NCBI GenBank assembly: GCA_024704765.1
Contig: JAKMXF010000019.1
Coordinates: forward strand, 1 to 64,000
Source of the DNA: Oopsacas minuta
Lineage: Eukaryota > Animalia > Porifera
DNA length: 64,000 nt
Reading direction: 5' to 3'
Below the pieces are notes generated by a model, which saw only the letters and a program-made list of their open reading frames with translations, was not told the origin of the DNA and searched no databases. Each line of letters opens with the position of its first letter. The stretch's first letter is position 1. Below are positions 12,676 through 24,651 of the stretch, one piece after another. The position numbers and the translations under genes were made by a program.

Positions 12676-14244
12676 TGATTTATTATATAGTTACTCCAGG
12701 AGGATAAGAACTGTGAAATAGATCCGAATAAATTGTCCTCTACGCCCGATAATAAACGGATATCTCTTGCAGTACTATTTGACAGCCCTACTACATCAGC
12801 TGGTGAACAGCTCACTACATACCTTATGACTACTATGGGTGCTATACTGAGCTCAGAATCCAGATGTCCAATACTAATACGTAGAGCTCTGAAACAGCTG
12901 TTTATTATGTCAGCTGATCGCTTCCCGGATCATGAAAATCTTCCTTATCTTGCTGTATCAGGTATAACAGGAGCTATAGGAAACAGTGAATTGTTTGTTG
13001 TTATTTGTTTTATTGTTTATTTAGGATTTCTATTTCTTCGTTTCTTCGCAGCTGCTATTTTATCACCTAAACTATTCTGTCTATATGATAACTTCCCCAA
13101 TGAGAGAGCCTCACGGTCTCTCACCCTCCTGGCCAAGCTTGTACAATCTGTTGCTAACTTGACAACAGCTAAGGAGGAGTATATGAGAACATTTGATGAC
13201 GTCATAATAGAAATGCATGGAAAACTTAAGGGATTCATTAAGAGACTCATTGATGTACCTGACCAACCTGTAACAGATTATAAAACAAAGTAAATACACA
13301 TATTATACCCAAAAAAGTTTGTTTATTTGTTTGTTTGTCTGTAGACTCCAAAAACAGATGAGTTATGACGGGTATATTCTGATATCTGGAATTTTACAGA
13401 AGTGCAAACTCTCAAACATCAAATTTCTTGGCTCTATTCAAACAGGAATTAACATTAAGAGAAGATATTTTGAACTTACTAGTAATTTGCTAAGCTATTA
13501 CACAGATTCAGTCTCTGGCAATCTTAAAGGGAGTATACTAGTTAGTGACATTACACACGTGGAACAGATGGACCCAGAAGCTTTAGGCTTTAAATATACT
13601 CTACAGGTTTGTTGTACATGTGTTCCGACCTAATTTATATTCTTTTTAACCCTACGCTCTCCCTAAGCTCCGTATACAGTCACCTGAAGAAAAGGAACCT
13701 AAATACTTCTTCATGATAGCCACCTCTCTTAATGATATGAGGGCCTGGCTGTCTACCCTGACTAAATGCTGTCTGTACAATAAGAACCAAACAGCTATAT
13801 TCCATCCTGGATTCTTTAAGAGGTCTAGTTGGTCATGTTGTAGGAACAAGTAAGTAATTATGTGTATGTTGAGAAATGGTAGGAGCTTTACACAAGCATT
13901 TATATCGGTTAATTAGAGAGAAGACCTTTGTGGGATGTAAGGCAACCAGACAAGGAGTAATACTCGGGGACTGGCAGGATCCCCTAGAGCAGAATTTTGA
14001 ATTACAGACTATTTATTCTCGACTCAATCTGATTCATGACCAACTCCCCAAACTACTCCAGAATGAGTATAACATTCCATCGACCATACCGCCTGAAGGA
14101 GAGACCACATCTATTACTACAGATCCTCAGGACCCCTCAACGATCCCCTCACCCCCTCTCCCTCTCAATGAGCCATGTTTGAACCTATTAAAAGCCTTAG
14201 AATCAATTTCTACAGCTAGAAACCAATGCAGGAAATTTTGTTAA
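11280..14244 (+). CDS. GAP1-family RasGAP (C2-C2-RasGAP-PH-Btk; RASA2/3/4/RASAL1-like)
   Basis: Two C2 domains (NPYCGV..LWTEEF; SADPYC..AWMESFDF), RasGAP signatures TLFRANS and FLFLRFFAAAILSPKLF, PH (KRRYFELT), Btk motif HPGFFKRSSWSCC. The 5' end is uncertain. Confidence 0.92.
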
Positions 14245-14389
14245 AGAATATTTGTATATTAATTGTATTTTGATGAAAATATGTTTACTTTGTATTTTCG
14301 AGTAATTCTAGTTCCAGTGGATATTGGCTGGTATTGTTCTCATGGTTTTTGACAGTTATCTTTGTATATTTTAACAGTTCCAAATAGCT

Positions 14390-16686
14390 ATGACCAGTGA
14401 GGATAAGTTACCAGACACCCTATCCTCCTTACACCCCCTTCTACAGAGAGAGGACATGAGGAGAGCTAACAGGAGAAGAAGGAAAGTTGATTGTTTAGAT
14501 TCTACGCTAGAAACCAGCTGGTTTGTAACTTTTGTATTTATCAGTAATGTATTTGTGTAATTTTTATCTTATCTTCCATAGCGGAGATATTACAGACTCT
14601 ATTAAGGAATTTGATACAGATAACTTTACGCCACAAAAACTAGTACAATTACAGAACTCTATTGACACATTAAAGTGCAGTGAACAGTCCCTGAAGAGGG
14701 AGAATAGTATTCTTATAGAGAAGCTAGCTGTTGGTAATATCAGTACTGTAGATGATACAGGAGAGGAGCTGAGAGCTAGTCTAGTAGAGATAGAGAAGAT
14801 AAGGGGAGAGGGAAGGAAAGTTAAAGAGGAACTAAAACTTTGTCAAAAGAGGAATGCTTATCTTGAATCAGAAATGGAAACATTTAAACTTAAAGTCTGG
14901 AAATTCCTATTCATAAATAAACCTGTACTCCTTATATGTATTTATTTGTTAGTTAAGCCTGAGTGAGACAAGGTGTAGAGAGACAGATAACGATCTAAAG
15001 GATTGTCAGAAGAAGCTAGATCAGACTCAGAATGATTTATCGGCCCTTAAGTCAAGAGAATCTGAAGTTAGTAGACTTATCTCTGAAGCAGAGTCAGATA
15101 GACGTAGTTTACAGAGAATCAAAGATGTACAATCTACTCTCTCACATAACTCACGTACAATTGGTAAGACTACATTCCTTTGGCGTTTTTGGGAGGATTG
15201 GTGCTTGATAAGAGACCAAGGCAATTATGCATATGATATAATAGATGATTTGAGAGAAGCTATGATGGAGAGTTCTCATAAGGTAGAGGTGTTTGAAGAA
15301 GAGAACAGATTACTGAGGATACAACTAGAATCAGCTGAGAGAGAGAAGAAAGAGAGTGATAATATCGGGAGAGATGTGGTTACTAAAATAAAACAGCTGG
15401 AGTGTAATGTTGTAGAATTAGAAGCTGAATTAGTTAAGGCTAAAGCTGAATCTCTAACTCACGAGAAGAGATTTACAGGTACAGTGGAATCTTCACAAAC
15501 AGGGAGACAGGACCTGAAAAATACTGGCCCGTTTCCCTTGAGCCTGATCATGGAGGTTATACTGGAATTCTAATAAGCACTTCTATATTATTAATATGCT
15601 AGGGAAATAGACGTAGTCATGTTATGTGGATATTACAAATATAGGAATAGAGAAAGCTAAAGAAGCAGAACTAAACTACTTGAAGGATCAGATTAACACC
15701 AAGGATCAGCTGATTGCTTGTAAATCTATGACACTAGATGGTCTGAAGAAGGAGACAAACACTTGTAGACAGGAAGTTAGAGGGATGGAAGTAGCTTTAG
15801 AGATCAAAGAGTTTGAATTGGAACAGCTGAGACAGTTCAAGTTACTCATCAAGGATGAGAGAGGTCTGAAAATATTGTCTTATAGCTGATATATTTACTT
15901 ATTTCTATTTGTAGAAGAGATGAAGCAGGTTTCTTCTATGAAGGAGACTTTATCTGATATACAAAACAAGTATGAAGAGTTGAAGATACAAACTGAAACA
16001 CAGAACTCTGAGAATGAAGCTAAACAGGTAAATATATTGGATACCTGTTATATAAGGACCATCCTCTGGAAATCGTTCCATATATTCCTGTATATTATAC
16101 CGGTTATAAGAGTATCTCATTGAGTATATTTCTGCAGTCTTTTGGCAATTATGTGGATTCAATAGTTAGCACAAATCAAAGTTGGAACTTTTCTGCTATT
16201 ATTTTATTTGAATATTATTGTTAGGAATCTCTTCAATCTCAGATAGCAGAATTAAGGAAGAGTCGTAGGAGTCTTATTAAACAGCTGAAACAATTAGAAC
16301 AACTCTACACAGCTAAAGAGAATACTCACTGTAGTATGGAGAGTGAGTTCTCTAAACTGAGTCAGTTATTTTACGCTCTGAGAGAGAACAAGATAATCCC
16401 AGATTCTAAACAAGTACAACATGTTCTAGAGAGTATATACCAACCTTCTGATAGCAAACTACCAGAGCTATCATCTATAATTATGGATTCAGATTCTCAA
16501 TACGTTAAACCAGGTCTTAAACGATCTCTGAGTGCTGGTAGCGAGCTGAAGAGTATTCTTAAGAAATCTAACTCTCCGAAATGTTCTACTCCTAATACTT
16601 CTCAACAACATTCTCCCAATATACCTTATTCCTGTACCAAGAATACTGCTTGGTTATCTACTAAAGAGATATCTGGTGTGCTATAG
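14390..16686 (+). CDS. Multi-exon coiled-coil protein, unknown family
   Basis: Series of E/K/L-rich heptad exons separated by short GT-AG introns, ending in a Ser/Pro-rich tail. Confidence 0.7.
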
Positions 16687-17051
16687 AGAGTAATGGTAAC
16701 CTGATCAATTGATTACTTGTAACAATGTAATATGTACTGTGTTAATGATACAAGAACTTTACAATAATGAGATATTCATAAGAGTTGTATAAGTAATAGT
16801 ATAGTCAACTTCGTTATATCGAAGCTCAAGGGTTCGCGACTGATGAAGTATATGTAACTTTGACGGTTTGGGAACATATTTGTACAATCGTATTCACATT
16901 TGATTCAGATTCATGAGTTATACAAGGCAGGGGGGTTATATTAGAAGCATATTATCACCCATCGGACTATTCTTATATTAGATAAGATTCGCAGTCATAA
17001 CTAGATATTTCTATGTGTAAATAACCTGTTACATATCTTAGATGTTGATTA

Positions 17052-20000
17052 ATGGGTAGCCGTATTAGTCTAAACATTCAATCAGGTAGTAGTAGGTTTC
17101 GTATTCCAGATCTCCCTTCCAGCACTACAGTATTAGCTGTTAAGAAGGAAATATTCCAATACACAGGAATATTCATCAATAACCAGACGCTCAAATTCAA
17201 AGGAGTTGTATTGCAAGATAGAAATACGTTAGGGGAATGTGGAATTAAGACAGAGAATACTATTGAAGTAGAAGAGAGAGGTTCAGACTCTCAGAAGATA
17301 TTTATTGAATCTATACACGGAAATAATCTGATTACTCTAGATTACAACCCTGATGACACCATTCTGAGTATTAAAAGATATTTTCTCAGAGATTTGAGTA
17401 AGTTGAATTAGATAGTGGTGTCAACTAACATTTCATTATTTGTAATATCACAGATATTGAGATTGAACGTCAGAAGCTATTCTTCACAACAATCCTACTC
17501 CAGGACAATGAGAAACTGTCTAAGTACAAGATCCAGGAGGGTACTAAGCTGAGGTTAGAGATTACTCAACTGGATCCAAACTGTATCATGATTGAGATGC
17601 CGACAGGTCCGGTGTTAGACCTTGAATACAATGAAGACTTAACTATTGATAATCTGAAACAAACAATTTCGAGCACTGCTATGATTCATACAGACGAAAT
17701 ACGATTGTTTTTTAAAGAGGAGCAATTAGAAGCTAGGAAAAGCCTCTCGAAATATCACATCAAAGTAGGTGACACTCTTAAGCTTAAGCTACGACCTAAA
17801 GGAGAAATTATAATATATATTGACGCCCCTACAACCAAACAAACAGTTACAAATTTGACACTTGAGAATACCATCAGTGATATTAAAGTTAAGATTACTA
17901 ACGAAGCGAATATTCCTTTAGAGAAACAATCTCTCTATTTGGAAGGGGTGGTGTTGGAAAACGAGAGAACTTTACTGCATTCAGGAATAGAAGATGGATC
18001 AGTTATCAAGCTAGTACTAGAAGGACCAACTATTATGAGTATTTTTGTAAGATATAATTCAGAAAAGATCCCAATTGATGTAGACTCAAAATCTACAGTA
18101 TTGAATCTTAAAACTATTCTCGTAAGAGAGACTAAAGTGCCGGTAGAAGCTCAGAAGTTGGTGTTTGCTGGTAAATTGCTTGAAGACGATAAGGAGTTAT
18201 CTTCATACAGAATTCAGAAAGAAGTTACTGTTCATTTAATTCAGCAATTCAAGAAAGAGGAAATACAGATTGTAGTTAAAACTCATAATGATAATGATTT
18301 CCCTATTTCAGTGCTTCCTCAAACAAAGATTTATGCAATAAAAGAGACAATTGCTCACAAAGAATCCGGCGCAGCTGATCAGTACCTACTGACATTTTCA
18401 GGACGTATATTAGAAGATAATTCTAGAGTATCTAGCTATGAAATAGTGAATGAATCCTGTCTGCATATGGAACTTAAGCGAGAGGATAATGACCCACAAC
18501 CCCCAGTCCGTATGCGTTCCAGAGATGTTACGGTGAGTGAGTGTACGTGTGTTGTAATCTATTGAATAGATTTAATAATATAAACATTTATACGTGTATC
18601 TAGGGTGACCCATTCAGAAATCCAACATCCTCTATTCAAGATTTACCTCAACCAATCCTAAACCAACAACATGACGATCTCCCAGCCTTATTTGAACCGC
18701 CACGCCATTATCAGAACTTTGATTCTCCGCAAGTTTCATATGCTCGTGAAAACATTGGCCCTCGTTACTCTAATGAGAGAATTCCACTCCCACAGTCCAA
18801 CAAATATTTAGCAACTGAAATGCCTGACCTGCCTCCTCCAAACTACCGTTCTTTTAGTCCTAGTGGGTCCACCTCGGGCTCCTCAGCTATCCCAGAGAGA
18901 TTACCATATAATCCATTCCCTTACAGGTCCAATATACAACCAATGATGGGAAGTGGATATGGCCGACAAAATGTAACCGTGGGTGAGTATCCCTCACGCC
19001 AATATGTCTTGCGTAACCCTAGTGGCTACATTCTTCCTGATCAGGTGGATCTTAATAATTTTCCTTTACCACCACCCTTTCGTCCTGATCATGTTCTCAT
19101 GCAAGAAAGCTATAAGATTGAGAACACTAGAGATCCTTTACCTGAGCACAAGATCTCCATTAGAGTATCATTTCTGTGTAGCGAGGCAGTTAACATTGAG
19201 ATTAAAGATAACGCTACAATACTTGAAGTTAAGAGAGCTATAAAAATTGAGAAAGGGTTTATTGAAGAACATCAAAAGATCTATTTTAATGATTCAATTT
19301 GTGGAGATACACAGATATTGACAGATCTAGAAATTGTGGATAACAGTGGAATACAAGTTGATATACTATACAGCTGGAATGTGTGTTTCTTACATCACCA
19401 AATGATCATCAAATGTTATGCCAGTTCTAATATCGCTGATATTAAGAATTCTATTTTTGAAAAAGAGAAAATACCAGTGGAGAATCAACGGTTATTCTTG
19501 GAGGATAGAGAGCTATCTAACGAGCAATCTCTCAGTCACTATCAACCAGGACAAAATTTAAAATTTACCCTAGAAATAACTAAAAATATTTTGATTCTGT
19601 TCTCGTCTGGAAAGACTTTCATACTCCATAGCTGTCACGTTAAGATATCAGGGAAATTTATCAAGGAGCAGATCTACCAAAACTTCAAGATACCTGTAGA
19701 AAACCAAACACTGACTTATCTTGGTAAAGAAATAAAAGATGACCTAACTCTTGAGGATATTAAATATAGAGAAGAAAATAAAATAATTATTAACATTGAT
19801 TTCCATAATTCTAGATGGATAACTGTTTTGTTAAAGTTATCGAATGGGGATCAACAGCTCATAAAGATTCGTAGTCTGGATACAGTAGGGAAGCTTAAAA
19901 GTCTTGTGAATACTAATAGCTCTCTCCTAGTTGATGATCATGACTTTACTTATAATCATTGCAATCTATCCGATGAGAATATCATTGATTTCTACCAAAT

Positions 20001-21138
20001 TCGTAACTATGAAGAAATATCAATGTTTTCTAGTGAATTTAAAGTTGTTAATATGACACTGTTGAGTGGATGTGTTGAGCCTTTCTGTCTTAAACACTTT
20101 CAAAACCTCGAAAATATCAAAAGACGAATGCAGAATCAGTTCAGACTACCTCCAAATTACAATAAATTGTTTTTTGGGAAGATCAGGAATGTAGCTAATA
20201 TTAACCCACAGCATATCTCAAATGGTGAAAGCGTGTTCATAGGTCCTAACAATTCAATCTTAGTCTCTATTCTCTCTTCAAACAGTAGAATAATAGAAAT
20301 TCTGATAATTAAAGAAGAGCGAGTTTTCTCATTAAAACAGAAAATTGAAATGAAGGAGCATATTCCTATTCATGTTCAGCAATTGAGTTTTGAAGGAATT
20401 TCTATGGACAATGATACTTGTATTGGTAACTTCAATATTTCACCTAACAGCACTATCTTCCTTAACATATCAGAAGAGCCTATTAGCATTTACCTAAGAG
20501 ATGATGCTAATAATACTATACATTTCCCTCAGATAGATAGATACTTGTCTGTACGATTCTTAATGAAAAATCTAATTCAAATGGGCTACACTATTCGAAA
20601 AGATGATTTATTCGTGTTTGAAGGAACTGTTTTACATTCCAATGCTCCACTATGTTACTATGGTATACAGAATGGATGTAATTTGAGGTTTATCAGTAAA
20701 ACAGCGTCTAACTGTTTGTCTTCATCTCATCGAGGTTGTACGAGTGATAACAGAATTCCTTTTCAAGCTCCTAACCAGTTCAGTACTCCTATACAACACC
20801 AAGATGAGAGTGTACCCAGCATTGCTTGTACTTCCTGCATGCAGATCCAGTGTATTTGTGTAGTCCGTCTTCATTCACACACCGAGTCAAATATCGGGAT
20901 CAGGCCCCGACGGGATTTTACTCCATATTTTAATCGCCCTAAATCCGGTCCAATACACCCAGACATACAACAACCACATCATAATCATGCTAAAATATCT
21001 GAACCATATCCGTCGACCAACTTGCCCCAATCTCCACCATTCTATAACACTCCCACTAATCAGGATAGAAGTCATCGAGCTGAATATCAACCTCCATCTA
21101 ATCAGCACCATGGAAACTATCATACTAATTATGACTGA
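17052..21138 (+). CDS. Poly-ubiquitin-like protein A (about 1,319 aa, about 13 divergent UBL domains)
   Basis: Exons 17052-17397, 17454-18532, 18604-21138 join in frame (3,960 nt). Repeated UBL motifs such as IPLEKQSLYLEGVVLENERTL and VPVEAQKLVFAGKLLEDDKELSSY; Pro-rich linker between UBL6 and UBL7. Confidence 0.85.
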
Positions 21139-21313
21139 TTTCAAATGGCTGAAAGGTTGTTCTACCGAATTACTGATTATCTTTTTGATTCAGGTATTTT
21201 TATATTTTATACTATACTGCTGTGTGTTTTATTATATCAATTGCGTATTTTGAGAGTTCTCTACTTATCATATTCGATCCTTCCACCTCTTTTACTTAGA
21301 ATTTATAGTCTAA

Positions 21314-24019
21314 ATGCAGATCAAGATCCTGACTGACCGCAATGAGATAATAATAGAAGTAACCTTTACTGACAGAATTGATGCAGTTAAGGAGAAAATC
21401 GCTGAGAAGCTAGGATGCGAAATTCACAGACAGCGTCTATCATTTCAAGGAGTTATCTTAGAAGATCACAAGCAGATATCACAATACCCTATTTCACAAG
21501 AATCCAGTCTAAACCTTGAAATACGAATGAGACTGTATGTAAAGATGGCTAGCATGACGCTAGATTTGGATTGCTATCCTTCCTGGAGCATCAGTGAAGT
21601 GAAGCATGAGATTGGCCAGAAGGTACAGGTACCAGCCAACAATCAGATGTTATCATACAAAGACGAAGAGCTTAAGAATAATAAAACTGTTAGAGATTAT
21701 GATTTCAGAGATCAAACTTGTATTGCTATGTCTGGAGTTATTATGGTCACTGTTAATTTCCCTTCTGGTAAGTGTATGCGATATCCTTTCGACCAACAAG
21801 CCACTGTATTTGCCATAAAACAAGAAGTTTGGGAGAACGAGCGCATTCCTACTGATCGGCAAACTCTCAACTATAAAGGAAGAGAGCTGAGAGGTGATCA
21901 GACATTCTCTTCTATCCGCTACAGAGATGGAGACAATATTTATCTAGCTATTCAACATTCACCTGCAGACATAATACAAGTATTTGTTAAGACACCTATC
22001 GGCCAGAAGCGCTTTATCAGTATAAGCAAATATGAAGCTGTTGGAAGGATTGAGGATAAAGTTGGGTTTCAGCTAGAAGATCTATTTTCACATATCTGCT
22101 ATTACAAAGGTAAAGTGTTAGATGACGTTAATGTAGTAGAGGTCTATAATATACAACAATTGGCTGAGTTAGAGCTGAGGTCTTGTGAAGACAGAATTCC
22201 TGTGTTTGTTATCTTAGCTAGTGGAACTGTTTCTTCTTTCTACGTAAAACCGAGTGAACTTGTATCTGACGTGACTGCACGAATTAGATCGAAGCTGCAT
22301 GTTCCTAATGAACACAGGAAACTCTATCATAATCACAGGCTGTTACCGAACGATCAAATAATAAGAAATTGTGACATGATTCCAGGGGATAATCTCTTAT
22401 TCGGTACTGATGACTCGTTTAGCATAACTGTGTATCCATCAGGGATACCAGTTGATATTCTAGTACGAAATACTGACAGGATTAAGGATTTGAAGTATCA
22501 AGTCGAACGGAGGGAGAAAATTCCTTTTCATTTGCAAGAGTTTACATTTCAAGGTTCCATTCTAGATAACGAACAGCTTGTGTCTAGCACTCAGTTGAGA
22601 TGTGGAACAATGATTATACTCACTATTATCTCAAATCCTAGCAACATGATCGATGTAAAGTTATTTGATCTCTCGAAAAATAAAATGAACATTGCAGGTA
22701 ATTCCGAGTTTTCAACAGTAGGAAATTTACAAAATAGGATAGCATTTAGTGAGCAAGATGTCTCCTTCGTATTTAAAGACATCGTCATGAAGCAATCCAA
22801 GCTATTAAGCAACTACGGGATAAGGCATGAATCGGAGATCTTGGTAGTTAGTGCTAATTATAATATATTAGCTGTTCCGCCTTCTAATACCAATAGATCC
22901 CATTATACTGGAACAACTCCTGCTGAAAATGTTAACTATGACAGTAGAAACCAATTTCCTGTGTTTAATGCTAATTATCAGGATGGCGCTTCTTCACACC
23001 TGAACTACCCTTATCAACAACATCAACAGCCTGATCAACCACCATATCAATCACAACAGCAACAAACACATATTCATCAACAACAACCACAATATCATCA
23101 ACAACCTCGACAACATACGAATTTTTCTCCTCAACACTCAAATATCCATCAACAACATACAAATTTTCCTCCTCAACAACCACAATATCATCAACAACCT
23201 CGACAACATACGAATTTTCCTCCTCAACAAACAAATATCCATCAACAACAAACAAACTTTCCTCCTCAACAAACAAATATTCATCAACAACATACGAATT
23301 TTCCTCCTCAACAAACAAATATCCATCAACAACAAACAAACTTTCCTCCTCAACAAACAAATATCCATCAACAACAAACAAACTTTCCTCCTCAACAAAC
23401 ACAATTTCCTCAACAACAACCACAAAATCAAAACACTTATCCTCAACAACAATCCCAGCATGACACACCTTCTGAACTAGTCCTCTTATCCTCTTTACCA
23501 ATACCACATACTGAAAATTTTGAACAGTCGCACGATCGATTAGACTTCCTGACCAAATCAACTATCGCATCTAAAGAAATCTGCATGCATTTATCGCATC
23601 ATGTAACTGGTACTTTTCAGGTTCAGTGTACTACTCATGAATCAATAGCTACTCTCAAAGAACGTATATTCCACCACACACGCATTCCATCTAGCAAGAT
23701 CCATCTCCTGCATGATGACCAACTCCTTTCTAATGATAAAAGGACCCTAGAGGAGTATAAAATAATGTATGACAGAGTAATTAAGCTGAATGATCTACTT
23801 CGAATTTCTGTGACTTATGAGTCAAATGATATCATAAGATGGGTGAATGGGATTGATTTTGTTAGCACTTTAGGTGCAGATATCGCCGAGGAGTTGAAAA
23901 TGGATAAAGATAACCTCATTCTTACATATAAAGATGCGATATTGGATTTTGATAAGAGACTCAATCAATATCAAATTGACTTTGATTCTAAAATTATTGC
24001 GGAAAAAATACGTAAGTAA
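21314..24019 (+). CDS. Poly-ubiquitin-like protein B (901 aa, about 9 UBL domains, Q/P/N-rich repeat insert)
   Basis: Single long ORF; UBL motifs (HRQRLSFQGVILED, IPTDRQTLNYKGREL, IPSSKIHLLHDDQLL). A possible extra 3' exon to 24137 is described in findings. Confidence 0.88.
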   Translation: MQIKILTDRNEIIIEVTFTDRIDAVKEKIAEKLGCEIHRQRLSFQGVILEDHKQISQYPISQESSLNLEIRMRLYVKMASMTLDLDCYPSWSISEVKHEIGQKVQVPANNQMLSYKDEELKNNKTVRDYDFRDQTCIAMSGVIMVTVNFPSGKCMRYPFDQQATVFAIKQEVWENERIPTDRQTLNYKGRELRGDQTFSSIRYRDGDNIYLAIQHSPADIIQVFVKTPIGQKRFISISKYEAVGRIEDKVGFQLEDLFSHICYYKGKVLDDVNVVEVYNIQQLAELELRSCEDRIPVFVILASGTVSSFYVKPSELVSDVTARIRSKLHVPNEHRKLYHNHRLLPNDQIIRNCDMIPGDNLLFGTDDSFSITVYPSGIPVDILVRNTDRIKDLKYQVERREKIPFHLQEFTFQGSILDNEQLVSSTQLRCGTMIILTIISNPSNMIDVKLFDLSKNKMNIAGNSEFSTVGNLQNRIAFSEQDVSFVFKDIVMKQSKLLSNYGIRHESEILVVSANYNILAVPPSNTNRSHYTGTTPAENVNYDSRNQFPVFNANYQDGASSHLNYPYQQHQQPDQPPYQSQQQQTHIHQQQPQYHQQPRQHTNFSPQHSNIHQQHTNFPPQQPQYHQQPRQHTNFPPQQTNIHQQQTNFPPQQTNIHQQHTNFPPQQTNIHQQQTNFPPQQTNIHQQQTNFPPQQTQFPQQQPQNQNTYPQQQSQHDTPSELVLLSSLPIPHTENFEQSHDRLDFLTKSTIASKEICMHLSHHVTGTFQVQCTTHESIATLKERIFHHTRIPSSKIHLLHDDQLLSNDKRTLEEYKIMYDRVIKLNDLLRISVTYESNDIIRWVNGIDFVSTLGADIAEELKMDKDNLILTYKDAILDFDKRLNQYQIDFDSKIIAEKIRK
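23040..23460 (+). repeat. Coding tandem repeat, mainly 42-bp unit encoding TNFPPQQTNIHQQ(Q/H)
   Basis: Repeat visible in both the DNA and the 901-aa translation. Confidence 0.9.
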
Positions 24020-24356
24020 TTGTCTGTTTATTAATAATAATGCTCTCAATTGTGTAAATATATTTATTTTGTTAGAACAAACTGTTTCAACACAATTATT
24101 GTTTACTTTTGTATTCACATACGTATTTTTAGTGTGATAATTACAAATATTCCTCTTACAAACCTTATGATTATAACATAATATAATATAATATGAGAAT
24201 ATAGCTAAATTTAGAATCTGATTAGCTAGCAATGGTGATTCATAATAATCTATAATTAGAATAGACATTTGTACTATAAATAGGCTAAATTATATTAAGA
24301 TTCAAATAATCAAAACTACATAACATATTATACTTCGAATATCAGCTGGGGAGTCC

Positions 24357-24519
24357 ATTTTAACACCCTTGGACGGGGGACATAACGTATAATCACATAC
24401 TGCAGATACCATTAATAATAGCATTCCACATATGAATATATATTCACCAGCTCCCCTAACGTGCTTTTGTGACTTCTTATGTCCCAGTTTCCATGGTTAC
24501 TTCGTTGGTATTTAGCTAC
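24357..24519 (+). repeat. Dispersed repeat, copy 1 (copy 2 at 45936-46060)
   Basis: Shared blocks cacccttggac, tattcacca-ctcccctaa-gtgctt, cccagtttccatggttac-tcgttggtatttagctac, in the same orientation. Confidence 0.8.
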
Positions 24520-24651
24520 ACCCCAGCGAGGGAGGCTACTAATGAATTGAATTTCTTATAACTGGCATCTAATCTGATATGAATATATTTATACATTTAT
24601 TGCCATACAGTTTATATATATTATTTATCTATCACGAATAAATCGATTCTG

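Noticed and set aside
18533-18565. Apparent CaaX-like end (..CTCVVIY*) of the 325-aa UBL ORF
   Set aside because: It lies in an intron (acg|gtgagt ... tag|ggt); splicing joins this ORF in frame to the 772-aa ORF.
22971-23561. Antisense repetitive ORFs (VVDGYLFVEEE..., LLMDICLLRRK...)
   Set aside because: Shadow frames of the Q/P/N coding repeat.
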